A stretch of 45,689 bases of DNA from Octopus bimaculoides (Eukaryota). Position numbers and translations under genes: made by a program. Shown piece after piece: positions 23,572 to 37,383 of this stretch. Under the pieces are notes generated by a model that was not told the DNA's origin, did no database searches, and saw only the letters and a list, made by a program, of their open reading frames with translations. Location: the NCBI RefSeq assembly GCF_001194135.2, contig NC_068989.1, positions 51,601,603 through 51,647,291 on the forward strand, read 5' to 3'. Numbering within the stretch: the first letter of the stretch is position 1; each line of letters opens with the position of its first letter.

Positions 23572-23698
23572 GTCAGGATCATATACCCTGATTTTGCAAA
23601 GGCATTTGATAAAATAGATCACCACATGATATGTCGTAAGCTACTAGACCTTGGAATTGCTAGTAAACTGGGAGAGCGGTTACATGACATCCTTAAAG
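23572..23698 (+). mobile_element. CR1/L2-group LINE RT fragment running into a gap
   Basis: VRIIYPDFAKAFDKIDHHMICRKLLDLGI..KLGE.LHD.LK matches the RT motif (Y)LDFAKAFDKV. Confidence 0.85.
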
Positions 23699-24315
23699 NN
23701 NNNNNNNNNNNNNNNNNNNNNNNNNNNNNNNNNNNNNNNNNNNNNNNNNNNNNNNNNNNNNNNNNNNNNNNNNNNNNNNNNNNNNNNNNNNNNNNNNNNN
23801 NNNNNNNNNNNNNNNNNNNNNNNNNNNNNNNNNNNNNNNNNNNNNNNNNNNNNNNNNNNNNNNNNNNNNNNNNNNNNNNNNNNNNNNNNNNNNNNNNNNN
23901 NNNNNNNNNNNNNNNNNNNNNNNNNNNNNNNNNNNNNNNNNNNNNNNNNNNNNNNNNNNNNNNNNNNNNNNNNNNNNNNNNNNNNNNNNNNNNNNNNNNN
24001 NNNNNNNNNNNNNNNNNNNNNNNNNNNNNNNNNNNNNNNNNNNNNNNNNNNNNNNNNNNNNNNNNNNNNNNNNNNNNNNNNNNNNNNNNNNNNNNNNNNN
24101 NNNNNNNNNNNNNNNNNNNNNNNNNNNNNNNNNNNNNNNNNNNNNNNNNNNNNNNNNNNNNNNNNNNNNNNNNNNNNNNNNNNNNNNNNNNNNNNNNNNN
24201 NNNNNNNNNNNNNNNNNNNNNNNNNNNNNNNNNNNNNNNNNNNNNNNNNNNNNNNNNNNNNNNNNNNNNNNNNNNNNNNNNNNNNNNNNNNNNNNNNNNN
24301 NNNNNNNNNNNNTAC

Positions 24316-24353
<38 letters not shown>

Positions 24354-27300
24354 CTGTATATATATATGTATATATGGGTGTGGGTGTATGTATATATATA
24401 AGGCTACCTTTAATCACAAATAGACACTAAGTATACTTATTACATTATGAATGTAACATCGCTCTTGTTTTTGCTTTACGCATGACTAAAACCGAAAGAT
24501 ATTTACCATGTATTAGAGCGTCAAAATGAATTAGATAGCTTCAAATGAAATATGTATTTAATCGTGAGTATCATATAGTTACTTAAATTATTATATATGT
24601 CGTCACTGTCTGTAAGTATTGTCATACTTTACTTTGCTCATAACAACGAACAGCTTATCATACGCTTTCTATGTGCCAAATAGTACACACAAACCTTCTT
24701 TTTTAGTCTTATATGAAGTTTTTTCCTTTTGTTTCCTTTCTCTTTTTCACTCAATCTTACTAATATTGACAGTTTTCCAATTTTCATGATTAATATGTTC
24801 CCGTCTGATGAATATGTTTTATCAATCAAATAAACGAGAGCCAACTTCTGTTATATTTTAATGCGGGTGTTACTACTGTTTTGGCGTCCTTTTGCAAAAC
24901 AAGTGAAAATTATGAGATATCTTATAAGCCAGCACAACTGATTTCCTTAAGATAAGGAGAACTTCGAAATATTTTCTTTCATGCATATGTATAATATATA
25001 GAGTGGTAATGGACGTCAGCTTGTCACGGTTTCAGACCACTTCGTAGACACAGTAAATTCATGCAAATTTCCCAAGATTTCAAGAAGTTCTTGAGAGTTA
25101 CTTGGCTTTGAGTGGATAGAGTTGCACATCACTGAACCCACATTTCAGGTATATCAGCACAATCAGTTTTATCACCTGTGGCTCAACAGTTGTTGAGATA
25201 ACCAGGAACTAACTGCACATCAGGCTTGTTTCTGTGTGTGTGTATGTGTGTGTTTGTGTGTGCGTGCGCGCGAGCATTTGTTTGTGTGTGTATTTATATT
25301 CAAAATGAAGTTAAATCAACTTCTCGGAAGAGTATAAAGATGAAATTACCAAACAACTTTGTTAAGCAAAGTAATACGAGGCCGCAAGTCAAGGTCAATA
25401 AATTCTTAGGTAACATCTTACATGGAATTTTCTTTTACTTAATTTTAAAGCTGAAAACTTACTGTTAAAATTTGTATATTCAACTGAAATGATTGCCTGT
25501 ATTTCTCCCTTAAATTGATATGTATCTACTTCGTAATTTACTAACAGAATAGAAATCCTACATTTTTAATTGGGGATCTTTCTTGTTTCAAGCTGGTACT
25601 AGTTTGATACAAATGAAGCGACCAAAAGTCAACCTTTCTGAAAGGCGCTAGAAGAATAAGTTAACTTAATTGGCACCGAATCAACACCTTGGACTGCATG
25701 CATTGGCAGAGTATTTCGAATTGATAACTAGAAATTTCAGCGATAATTGAATTACTGCAATGTGCAAGCACTTCGAAAGCTGTCATTTTATGCTGTTTGT
25801 GTTCCTGGTAAAATCGACACGAATTTCCTAAACATACTTGAAGAATTTCGTCCGAGAATTATTAACCCTTAATTAAATTATGCTTTAACTCTTAAACTTT
25901 AAAGCCTATTCAACGCGTTATTATATTATATATCCTACCCTCTTAATATTACGAGTTATATGACTTTGCTGTGTTGTTGCATTGTAAAATAGAATGTCTT
26001 GCAAAATAACTGCGGACTGTGTTAATATCTAAACTAAGCAACTTTTAGTTTTTATATAATCCTGTCTTTAAAAGGTACCACAGCACTGGAAATATTCAAA
26101 CGACGGGATGCCATGCATCATTTGATCTGGACTTAGTTTGCATTAAGTTCAAATTTAAACACGATATGTGTGCGTAGTAGTCTTAATCAATCGGTGAATA
26201 TAGCACAAGTACATATTACTTCGGAAGACTTTAGTGGTTTGTATTTTGATGCAAAGACCCAAGTACAGACTGAGGTTTGATAGTACACCTTCCCTCTATT
26301 AGATCAATTTTTGAGACTTCCTAACATGCCCTATAACCAGCAGCCTTCCTTAACGAGCCGAGACGAGATTACTATAAATGTTTTTCTTTTATGAACCATG
26401 GTAACAGAGATTCTGTTCTTATATACCTTATTAATATTTATAATTTTAGTAAATCGTATGTTTCGGAAATTCACCGATTGTCTGAAAATAGAAAACACTT
26501 ATTGGAATAAAACCATCCTGTTTTAAAACATAACACGTATTTCAGAAAAGGTGTCTGATATAACATAATATTTGCATCAACTTCTACACAATCTTATTTT
26601 AAGAAGCTCTATGTAGAACCTAGCTGTTTGATTAATACGATGGCTTCGCAAATACGCACGTTTCGACAAGTGTCTTTGACGTCTTGTGTTTACAAAACAT
26701 GTGGTAGGCAGGAATATCAAACAAACCTAACGTGCATGCATGGCTATTTTTGTGTTTATATTTACATGAGAGTAGAGCGAAAAGCGGTGGTGCTGATTTG
26801 ATAACCTACAGAGTTGTCCTCTCTTACGCCTATTTCAATCAGCATTTTCGACTTTAAGAACGTTGTACATTTTCAAACAAATAACTGTGAACTCTATGCT
26901 CATATGAAATTCCTTGAGGGCGACGCTCCTAGATGAACGCATCTCTATATCTTAAACGAATATAGTAATAAATGAAGCATGAACAACGATAGTACAAACA
27001 TATTTAAATATCCTCCATACGGTTAGGGTAGTCGTTTATTTTAATGGACATATGATGGTTTAGATGGTGTGATTTTTCCCTTTGTCAAATTAGATTTTTA
27101 TGGCTATAACTATTGCAGAAATAGTTGGGCATTTTTCTATTTTATTCGAATTATGCTATATTACGAATACAATTTAATTCAATTCTATTAATTGTTATTG
27201 CATTTGGCCTGTCAATTGATATGCGATCCATGCTTTGATTATCAACTGAATTATCATGGCTAAAACTACATCACAATCAAAAATTTCCATTAATGCTCTA

Positions 27301-27849
27301 TAAATTAATGATGCAATTTTCCATCAATTTGCCAGAATGTAATTTAAGAGGTTATACAATAATGGATTGAATTGAATACAAAGTAGTCAGTATTTAAAAA
27401 TAAATGTGTGAGATTGTATAAGTTTATTAATGAGAGCAAATTAGATCTAAGCCAAAGAAGCATAGGCATCCGGCTCATATGATTAAGTTAAATACAATTG
27501 TAAAATACTACAATGCAGAAGACCTGTCTGAAGGCTGTGAATTTTCTTTCGGGTAAGAAAGTATTGTATTATTTTAATCCCTTGTTTTTATTTAAATATT
27601 AATTATGGAATTATATTATATGACTATTTGTTGCTGTACCTGACAAAAGAGTAAGTAGATAAATATTTTGTTATTCAACACCTTAAGTGAGGAAGTGTGC
27701 AGGCTGACGTTTTTGAGGAATTATTTGGTCAAGCTTCAAGGTGAGAACAGGGGATCTCACAGGAGCTGCGGGATGATTGACTTGTGAATGTTTTAGAAAT
27801 TTTGCTCGATAGCAGAAATCTCTGAGGATCAGATGCCATTAATGTATTG

Positions 27850-28306
27850 CCGAGGTCCGATTCACTTGTGTGGTATATATTCTCTTTCATTGAGTTGGTA
27901 TTCAATGCCTGGTCCTGGGTCGCGATGATAAGGATTTCAGTATTCATTTTTCAGTATTCATTTTTAGGTCACCCTTGTTGAGTCACCTCCAAAATGCTTC
28001 CTGGTCTTTTAATTTATTGTCTTCACGGTAGAACTGACTATGCAATTCTACACAGAATAGGGTTCCTGCTCTCCGTTGGTTGTACTTGTTTAGACTTCAT
28101 GGGCACTCTCAAGTCCATTTTTGTTAAGTTCTTCTGCACTAGCAGCATACTGTAACAAGTCTTCTTTGCTGTTTACCAAATATTCTGCCATGCTATTTCT
28201 TTGACTCTTAATGCACTCCCGTATGCTAATCAGCCACATACACCTTTACCTCTCTTCGTGTAGGGGCTGTGTACATTTGCCTTAGAGTGGAGGGCACCAT
28301 GCATTG
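27850..28306 (-). mobile_element. R4/Dong-like LINE internal fragment A (post-RT to start of zinc finger)
   Basis: TMHGALHSKANVH..Y..RG.G and TEILIIATQDQALNTNSMKENIYHTSESDL, breaking off at the CCHC finger. Confidence 0.8.
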
Positions 28307-28333
28307 TAATTGTAATAATAATCTGAATACAAA

Positions 28334-28911
28334 GATAATTATTATTCTTTCGTAACACAGTGTAGGTAAAAATGCACCGGAGTCTTTAGTCATCTGTCAA
28401 GTCACAACAATGACTTCAGACAGAAAATACTTTCCTAAAGATGTGCGCTGTGCCCAATACATCAATCTTGCACGGGATTTTCAGTTGCCTTAAGATCCGA
28501 TCACCACTGGTATCACTTTTAAATTACTCTCTGAAATTCCATGCAGTCTTGCCATTTCCACTTTCAGTTCGGAGTACATGGTGATTTGTTCAGCCTCTTT
28601 ACTCACAACATTCATGTTATTTGGTATAGCTACATCAATGATTTGAAAATATTCGATTCTCTTACTCAATATGACAATATCCGGCCGACGGTGTTTAATT
28701 ACACGATCCGTCTGAAAATCATAATCCCAGACTATCGTTGCTTTTCCTTCCTCCTGCATAAGTTTAATTGGTACATGCTCATAAAGTTCTCTGTTACTTC
28801 ATATTGGTATTTATGTCATAAGAGCCAATGAAGATACACACACATTTAATCTTGGCGGCGTTTGTATTCTTTTCGTGCGAGGCTCTCATATCCACTTACT
28901 AAGTGGGTCAT
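28334..28911 (-). mobile_element. R4/Dong-like LINE 3' fragment B (second half of zinc finger, RLE domain, 3' UTR)
   Basis: MTHLVSGYESLARKEYKRR, WDYDFQTDRVIKHRRPDIV..IIDVAIP..IPVVIGS and GTAHIFRKVFSV* (stop 28418-28416), then a short AATAATAAT tail. Confidence 0.88.
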
Positions 28912-29935
28912 CATCATCATCATTATTATTATTATCGCCTTTGAACAGCTTCTAACGCTGGAGATGTACTACAGTGTCAGCTGTTCACTACCAGTGAACT
29001 CTTATTTTCAAGCACATCCGGTGTATTGGAGCGGTTCCAAGCAGTGCTGTTTTCTGCAAGTGCTCCACCCTTATTGCAGCCCCTATTTGTCCCGCGTACT
29101 CCTTGAGATTTTTTCTCACTGTTCCTAGGGCTCCAACAATTATAGGTACCACTGCTACCTTTTTCATCGACCACAACTGCTTAACTTCCCAAGCTAACCT
29201 GTCATATCTCTCGACATTTCTTTCATCCTTATCGCATGCCTTGTTGTCAGCTGGGCATAGTATATCTATCATCCAGCATAGTTTGTTTTCTTTCTCAATT
29301 AAGACTATGTCCGACTTCCTATTCTCTATCTCATTGTGGCACTGGATCATATACTCCCATGGGATCTTTCCATTTCTATTTTCGACAATGCCTTCAGGTT
29401 TGTGGTCGTATCAATTTTTGCTCGGTCAAGTCCATACTTTTTGCAAAGTGTCCAGTGGATAAGCCTAGCTATATTGTCGTGGCGTCTCTTATATTCCTTC
29501 TGGGCTAGTGGCGTACATTGACTGATAATATGCCATACAGTTTCACCGTTTTGTCCACAAATTCTGCACTCATCACTTTCTGCTGTGTTGTCTATTGTGT
29601 ATTTTATGTAGTTTGTTCTTAGTGCTTGCTCTTGGACAACACATATTAGAGCCTCCGTTTCCGATTTTAAATCACTTTCAGTCATCCACAGCCATCTTTG
29701 TTCTCCGTCTGTCTTATTTTCAACATCCCTATGAAATTGATCATGCATTATTGTCCTTATCCACCTATTTTCAGTTTCATTCGTTTTCAATGTCTTATAT
29801 AGTGCTTTATCTTTGCGATCTTTCATTCTACACAGGTTGTTATTTTCCAGGTCAGCAATCGCGACATTAAGAAACCCACATTCGGCTCCATTTTCAGTTG
29901 CTGTTTCGCCACAATGTACATAGCCAACTGCTTGA
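28912..29935 (-). mobile_element. R4/Dong-like LINE 3' kilobase, fragment C (separate family)
   Basis: DLKSETEALI..QEQALRTNYIK, CRICGQNGETVWHIISQC (CCHC), LAQKEYKRRHD, RKSDIV..IDILCP (RLE) and LQKTALLGTA, with a (TAA)n(TGA)n tail. Confidence 0.92.
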
Positions 29936-30075
29936 TAATTAAAGAAAACGGCCACCTCTCTGGACCGTTCCATATCTCGCGCTCGGTCTGTCAGGAGTGT
30001 CCTCTCTCATCTCTTCTATACATTCTGGATTTCGAAACTTTGCTGTGGAAGCTAAAGCTCTTGACAGGTCTTCCT
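29936..30075 (+). mobile_element. Tx1/L1 RT-domain fragment
   Basis: NGHLSGPFHISRSVCQECPLSSLLYIL..E.LL.KL matches the L1/Tx1 motif RSVRQGCPLSPLLYVL. Confidence 0.8.
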
Positions 30076-30815
30076 TTCCACTTGCATGGAAATAAACAGT
30101 AACATTAGCATTTAAATGTCTCCAGATTAACTTTCTACTATTAACTATACTCGGATTTATTAAGGAAATAATGATCCGGAAGAACAACAATAGATAGACG
30201 TTAGTTACGAGAGAAACATATTGAACACAGCCAGAAATGTAATCAATTGTCAACATTCATTCGAGATGGCTTATTTGATTGATAGAAGCGACAAGCATTT
30301 ATATACTGTAGAGTAGAATTTCTTCACCGATATCATAGTTATATTAAATCGGCGTCGATCCATTGGAATACGTGTATCGTACTTTAAACAACTTATATTA
30401 CATGGTACTAGTGTTTTCAATGTTTCACTCATTGTATGCCGCTGATACTCCTTTGCATTTGTGCAAAATGAAACAGTGAAATTATGCGCTATGTTCAAGA
30501 AATCAACCTGTCAATCATTTACAATTACCAATATATACATACATACACATACACACCCGCGCACTTACGTGCACTAACTCACTCACACGGGGACACACAA
30601 CACAAATGCCTGTACACCCACACCAACTCGTGCACGTAGGCGCACACGAGCGTACACCAGCACACACGCATATGTATATGCATATATATATATATANNNN
30701 NNNNNNNNNNNNNNNNNNNNNNNNNNNNNNNNNNNNNNNNNNNNNNNNNNNNNNNNNNNNNNNNNNNNNNNNNNNNNNNNNNNNNNNNNNNNNNNNNTAT
30801 CATATAATTTATATA

Positions 30816-32052
30816 CAATGGTTGGACAAAATAATGGAGATACCTATCATCTTTAGCATCATGATTTTGAAATATCTATAAAACCGTTAAAAGCTTGTTT
30901 ATTTTTATGTCTTTTGATTTACTATTTTGCTAAAATTGGTGTTTCTTTTCAGACATCATTAGACAACGGTAATTAAAATGACAGATCTCTCGGACTTTCA
31001 CAGAGGTCAAATTGTCGGTGCTTGTATGACATGCACTAGCATAACGAAAACAGCCGAAATGTTTGGTGCATGAAGAAGTACTGTCTCGGAGGTAGTGACG
31101 GCCTTTCAGAAAGACGGAAAAACCTCCACATCGAGACAAAACTCTACAAGAAAGCCAAAACTTTCAGATAGGGACCGTCGAACTCTTACGTGAATTGTTA
31201 CAAAGGCTCACAAAAGTACAGCTCCTAAAATTACTGCAAACGTTAATGACCACATCGAGAACCCAGTTTCCACAAAAACTATTCGCCGGGAGCTGCACAA
31301 AGCCGGATTTTACGGGAGGGCTTTAATCAGAAAACCATTAGTTTCAAAGACAAACGTTGCAAAGTGTTTAGACGGGAGTAAAACCTCAGAATCGATCCCT
31401 AGAGCAGTGGAAGAATGTTATTTTCTCGGAGGTGTCATCCTTTACCTTATTTCCGACTACCGGCTGAGTATACATGTGGAGACAGCCAAAAGAAGCATTT
31501 GACCTGGACTGCCTTCTTCCAACTGTTAAATATGGTGGAGGATATGTGATGATCTGGTGGGCGATATCTTGGATATTCGCTGGCCCAATGGTTTCCCCTC
31601 ATGGCAGAATTAATAGTAAAGACTCTTTAAGCATTTTATCTGATCAAACTCATCCTATGTTTATGGAACTGTTTCCGGAGGGAAATGCAATCTTTCAGCA
31701 TGATAATGCACCAATTCACACAGTTAAAGTTGTTACTGAATGGCACGAGGAACATTCTAGTGACGTTGAACATCTAATCTGGCCTTCACAGATCTCAATA
31801 TTATTGAACTTTTATGGTGCATTTTAGGAAAACAAGTAAGGAATCTACATCCTCCTCCATCATCACTACAAGAACTGGAGACTGTTTTAGATGAAGAATG
31901 GACAAAAATTCCTTTGGAAAGAATTCAAACTATGTACAGGTCCATACCTCGTAGAATTCAAGCTGCTGTAATTACTGCCAAAGTCGGTCCTACCCCTTCT
32001 TAAAATAAATTTGTTTGAAATTTGAAGCTGTTCCTATTATTTTGTCCAACAC
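30816..32052 (+). mobile_element. Near-full-length Tc1 (DD34E) DNA transposon, inactivated
   Basis: TA|CAATGGTTGGACAAAATAAT is matched by the inverted ATTATTTTGTCCAAC at 32035-32050. The ORF remnant 30978-32003 gives MTDLSDFHRGQIVGA, VIFSEVSS, LPTVKYGGG, FQHDNAPIH and DLNIIE, with stops and frameshifts. Confidence 0.92.
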
Positions 32053-34166
32053 NNNNNNNNNNNNNNNNNNNNNNNNNNNNNNNNNNNNNNNNNNNNNNNN
32101 NNNNNNNNNNNNNNNNNNNNNNNNNNNNNNNNNNNNNNNNNNNNNNNNNNNNNNNNNNNNNNNNNNNNNNNNNNNNNNNNNNNNNNNNNNNNNNNNNNNN
32201 NNNNNNNNNNNNNNNNNNNNNNNNNNNNNNNNNNNNNNNNNNNNNNNNNNNNNNNNNNNNNNNNNNNNNNNNNNNNNNNNNNNNNNNNNNNNNNNNNNNN
32301 NNNNNNNNNNNNNNNNNNNNNNNNNNNNNNNNNNNNNNNNNNNNNNNNNNNNNNNNNNNNNNNNNNNNNNNNNNNNNNNNNNNNNNNNNNNNNNNNNNNN
32401 NNNNNNNNNNNNNNNNNNNNNNNNNNNNNNNNNNNNNNNNNNNNNNNNNNNNNNNNNNNNNNNNNNNNNNNNNNNNNNNNNNNNNNNNNNNNNNNNNNNN
32501 NNNNNNNNNNNNNNNNNNNNNNNNNNNNNNNNNNNNNNNNNNNNNNNNNNNNNNNNNNNNNNNNNNNNNNNNNNNNNNNNNNNNNNNNNNNNNNNNNNNN
32601 NNNNNNNNNNNNNNNNNNNNNNNNNNNNNNNNNNNNNNNNNNNNNNNNNNNNNNNNNNNNNNNNNNNNNNNNNNNNNNNNNNNNNNNNNNNNNNNNNNNN
32701 NNNNNNNNNNNNNNNNNNNNNNNNNNNNNNNNNNNNNNNNNNNNNNNNNNNNNNNNNNNNNNNNNNNATATATATATATATATATTTATATATATACATT
32801 ATATATATATATATATGTGTGTGTGTATGTGTATGTATACATATATATATTATATACTTTTTATAGACTTCCCAAATTTGAAATCAAAATAATAAACAGT
32901 TACCCAGGAATAATATAACAAAAATAATCAGAAATAATTTGTTGGAGTCTATGGCGTCAAATATTGAAAGACATTGCGTATATCACCTCTCTGCTATTTA
33001 CATAAAAACTACATTGTTGTTTTTATATCAACGTCATAAATAGCATTATATCTATACGACCTGAACGAAGAAATTGCTATTCGAATATAATTTTATAGCT
33101 GTGTTACCATTGTATTTCCAGCGTAAACATTGAATCAACTTCTGCTATTATGAGATAGAACATCATTCTATATTACTCTGCTTTTGCACTAATATACCTT
33201 GTTTTGGAAAATGTTACTCCAAAAAGGTGAAATGTACATGTCATTGAAAATCAATAAATTGAGAATAATATTGTTTTTTACCATTATATCGGTGTTAGAA
33301 AACATGATTGGAACAATGTTTATAATACATTGAATTTGGAAAGAAAACTGAACTTTATATAAAATCAATTATATAATAGCAGTATATTACTCCACATTCG
33401 ATTTATTTTCATTGTATTTTGTCTAGTTATAACATTTATACACAGCAGCCATTCCAGATAACAGCCTATCGACGTTCATATTGTTCTTTCTTTTTCACAA
33501 ATGTTACCACCTACAATATCATGCACAATATAGGCATATATTATTTCAATTTCAAATGGTGTTTTGAATATGTTGGCGCCCAATAAATTTTGATTTTTGT
33601 TTCATCGATTGTTTGTCACTAAAGTATTGTTACTATTACAGAATCTGGTTAACACGTTCATTTTATTGGCCATTGGTATAACTTTCAAATTGGCTTTCGA
33701 TGTTTTATGAATGTATATGTATGTATGCATATACATACATATATATACATATATATATATATATANNNNNNNNNNNNNNNNNNNNNNNNNNNNNNNNNNN
33801 NNNNNNNNNNNNNNNNNNNNNNNNNNNNNNNNNNNNNNNNNNNNNNNNNNNNNNNNNNNNNNNNNNNNNNNNNNNNNNNNNNNNNNNNNNNNNNNNNNNN
33901 NNNNNNNNNNNNNNNNNNNNNNNNNNNNNNNNNNNNNNNNNNNNNNNNNNNNNNNNNNNNNNNNNNNNNNNNNNNNNNNNNNNNNNNNNNNNNNNNNNNN
34001 NNNNNNNNNNNNNNNNNNNNNNNNNNNNNNNNNNNNNNNNNNNNNNNNNNNNNNNNNNNNNNNNNNNNNNNNNNNNNNNNNNNNNNNNNNNNNNNNNNNN
34101 NNNNNNNNNNNNNNNNNNNNNNNNNNNNNNNNNNNNNNNNNNNNNNNNNNNNNNNNNNNNNNNNNN

Positions 34167-34202
<36 letters not shown>

Positions 34203-35289
34203 TGTATTTATGCATGGATAGATGTATATTCAGATGTTAGTTGCTCTGAGCTGCGAACAGCACGATTATGTTTTCTCTCTTTTAACGGTTTGAATGTTGC
34301 AATAAAAATAGTGAAGTAAGTAAATAAGAAGCATGAAATCGATAAAAGTGTAAGGGCCAGTAATGTTTCAGGTTTTAACTTTATATTTTTAAACTTTAAT
34401 TTTATTATATACATTTTTAGATTTTTCTTTGAAGAAGCTATTATTTTATTCTCAATTCTTTAAGTTACATGAATAGGTTCGCAGTCACATTTCTTGTTCT
34501 TCGTTTCAATTTTGAAGAGATAACTACTGACTATGATTAAAATGATTGTCTAAAAAAATTACTTAGATATATGGAGATAGGCAATTAAATATATTGAAAA
34601 GATTTGACGCATTCTGAATTTGCATATTTATTTTATGTTTCTTTGTCCTGTTAAATTTTAAGCTATTCCTTCTGTTAAAATGCCATTTTAATATAAATGC
34701 AAGGAATATTGACAAAAAGACCTCATCAATCTCTCAGTATCAAAGTCCCCATTTCAATGTTTGCTCGAGTGTTAATCAGTTATATGTAGTCTGTCGATAA
34801 ATCAATGAGCACTATTTGCATGCAGATGACTGCAAGGTACAAAACAAATGCATGTCTCTGAAACGCCACTTTCATAATGAACATCATTTCTCACAAAACT
34901 ATTATTGCATATATATTGCATTAACATATTCTGCATCTCTTGTTGAAAAAGCGCCCCGACATTACATTTCAGAAAGAACAACATGTGGACAACATTCATA
35001 CCTTTTCAAATGTATTAGCTGACCCCGTTATGATGAAGTAATATTTTCCCTCGTTGTTTTTTTTTCGAAAGTCCTATGGTTACAACTTCTAGCAGGGCAT
35101 ACCAATGTACTGTCTTTCATTGATTCAGGTAAAAATAACTAATTTCCCGCTAACATAAATAAGAATCTTTCCGTTCGTCTGTTAGGGTATGCGTTTTATT
35201 TTGTTGGGCTGTTGTCATAAAAGTCAGTATTATTATAAAGGCGGGGCATGCTGGCAGAATCATCAGCAGTGACACACAGTTATACTATC

Positions 35290-35503
35290 GATTTCAAGTT
35301 TTGGCACAAGGCCGGTAATTTCAGTGGAGAGGATAAGTCGATTACATCGACTCCAGTGTCCAATTGGTACTTATTTTATTGACTCCGAAAGAATGAAATG
35401 TAAAACCGACCTCGGTGGAATTTGAACTGAAAATGTAGAGACAAACGAAACGCCGCAAAACATTTTGTCCTATACGGTAACGATTCTGACAGCTCGCCTC
35501 TTA
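35290..35503 (-). mobile_element. Full-length tRNA-derived SINE
   Basis: AAGTCGATTACATCGAC.CCAGTG, GGTACTTATTTTAT, GGAATTTGAACT and a reverse head CGATTCTGACAGCTCGCC. Confidence 0.88.
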
Positions 35504-36613
35504 CGCAGTTATAATATAATTATGTCAACATTCGATCGCATGACATAAAATACGGCAGACGAGACAACTATTATATATAAAACATCGAAAATATAACTGT
35601 GATGCAATGAAATAAAGTGTCATAATTTTGGCAAACGATAATGAAAATACATAATATAATGTTAAGATGATTTCCACAATCTCCAAATGTTACTAATAAG
35701 TTATGTCGTCTCATCGTCTTGTGCCATCTCATATAAAGTAGAAAAGTTATCAAGAGAGTGAGAAAATTAGTATTTTCAATAGGCATAAATCGTGAAAGTA
35801 CTATGTATGCTTAGAGTAAAATTGATCAGTGCATCACAGCTACAAGGTGAGTATATAATCAAATACATTAGGTTTTATTATGAAAATATATTATGACAAA
35901 TGAAAATTTTTAAATATATCACGTTTTATATAATCTCGTTTATGTAGTCTAATAATATGCATGATACACGACTCTTTAATTTTATCGTTATTATAATGAA
36001 AAATGTGCAGATAGGGCAGCGTATTTATAACAGATAAAATTGATGTAAAAATAAGAAATAAGTAATGTAATGCTGGGTGACACTGTTCGTGGTATTGCGA
36101 TGGCAACTCCAGATATACTTCGTTATCATAAAACTGCCATATTAACTTCAGGTGCAGTACAAGTGAGATGATATGGGATATATATATATATTATTTTGTA
36201 ATAGATTATTTGTTCATTAGCATTGATTCCATGAGAATACTCAACAAACGAAGTACCCATTTCGTTGGATTTATTTTCTCTCTAGCAGAAAAAGAATGGT
36301 AAAATGTAAAATGGAAATTTAGCTCGATTAAAATACTAACGGCAAGAGATTTTATGTTTTTATAAACACTTGCATATCGTGTACACATGTTAAGGAGCAA
36401 ATATAGAGCAATGGTTAAGAATTTTTCTTTTCAACAACGTAGCCTTTGTAGCATCCCTCGGCACATCATCTCTTGCGCGTGCTGGTTCCTACAATCGAAA
36501 CCCCACCAACATTTTGCCAGAAAGTTCTTCAAAAGGCAAGAATTACGTAGTGTGTGTACACGTGTGTGTGCTGTATGAGTGTGTGTGTGTTGTGTCTATC
36601 CATATGTGTATGC

Positions 36614-36679
<66 letters not shown>

Positions 36680-37094
36680 NNNNNNNNNNNNNNNNNNNNN
36701 NNNNNNNNNNNNNNNNNNNNNNNNNNNNNNNNNNNNNNNNNNNNNNNNNNNNNNNNNNNNNNNNNNNNNNNNNNNNNNNNNNNNNNNNNNNNNNNNNNNN
36801 NNNNNNNNNNNNNNNNNNNNNNNNNNNNNNNNNNNNNNNNNNNNNNNNNNNNNNNNNNNNNNNNNNNNNNNNNNNNNNNNNNNNNNNNNNNNNNNNNNNN
36901 NNNNNNNNNNNNNNNNNNNNNNNNNNNNNNNNNNNNNNNNNNNNNNNNNNNNNNNNNNNNNNNNNNNNNNNNNNNNNNNNNNNNNNNNNNNNNNNNNNNN
37001 NNNNNNNNNNNNNNNNNNNNNNNNNNNNNNNNNNNNNNNNNNNNNNNNNNNNNNNNNNNNNATATATATATATATATACATACATACATATGCT

Positions 37095-37200
37095 GGTCTC
37101 GCTTCAGGGCCAGCAATTTCGAGGGAGGGTGCAAGTAGATTACATCTACCCTTGCGCTTACCTTCTACCTTTATCGAGTGTGAAATGATTCAAGGGAAAG
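37095..37200 (-). mobile_element. Degenerate SINE 3' fragment
   Basis: GGCCAGCAATTTCGAGGGAGGG..AAGTAGATTACATC.ACCC. Confidence 0.6.
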
Positions 37201-37383
37201 GACTCCGATAGGATGGAGATGTAAGCTGTGTTACAAATTTTCAAAGTATTCATTTCATTTATTGTCATATTTTTCCAAACTCAGCGCAAGTTTATGTTCA
37301 AAGAATTACATATTTGTCACGTGGCAGAGTGACCAGGATGAATTTCAGCTACTCTAATATGAAACAAATGCCTAGTAATATCT

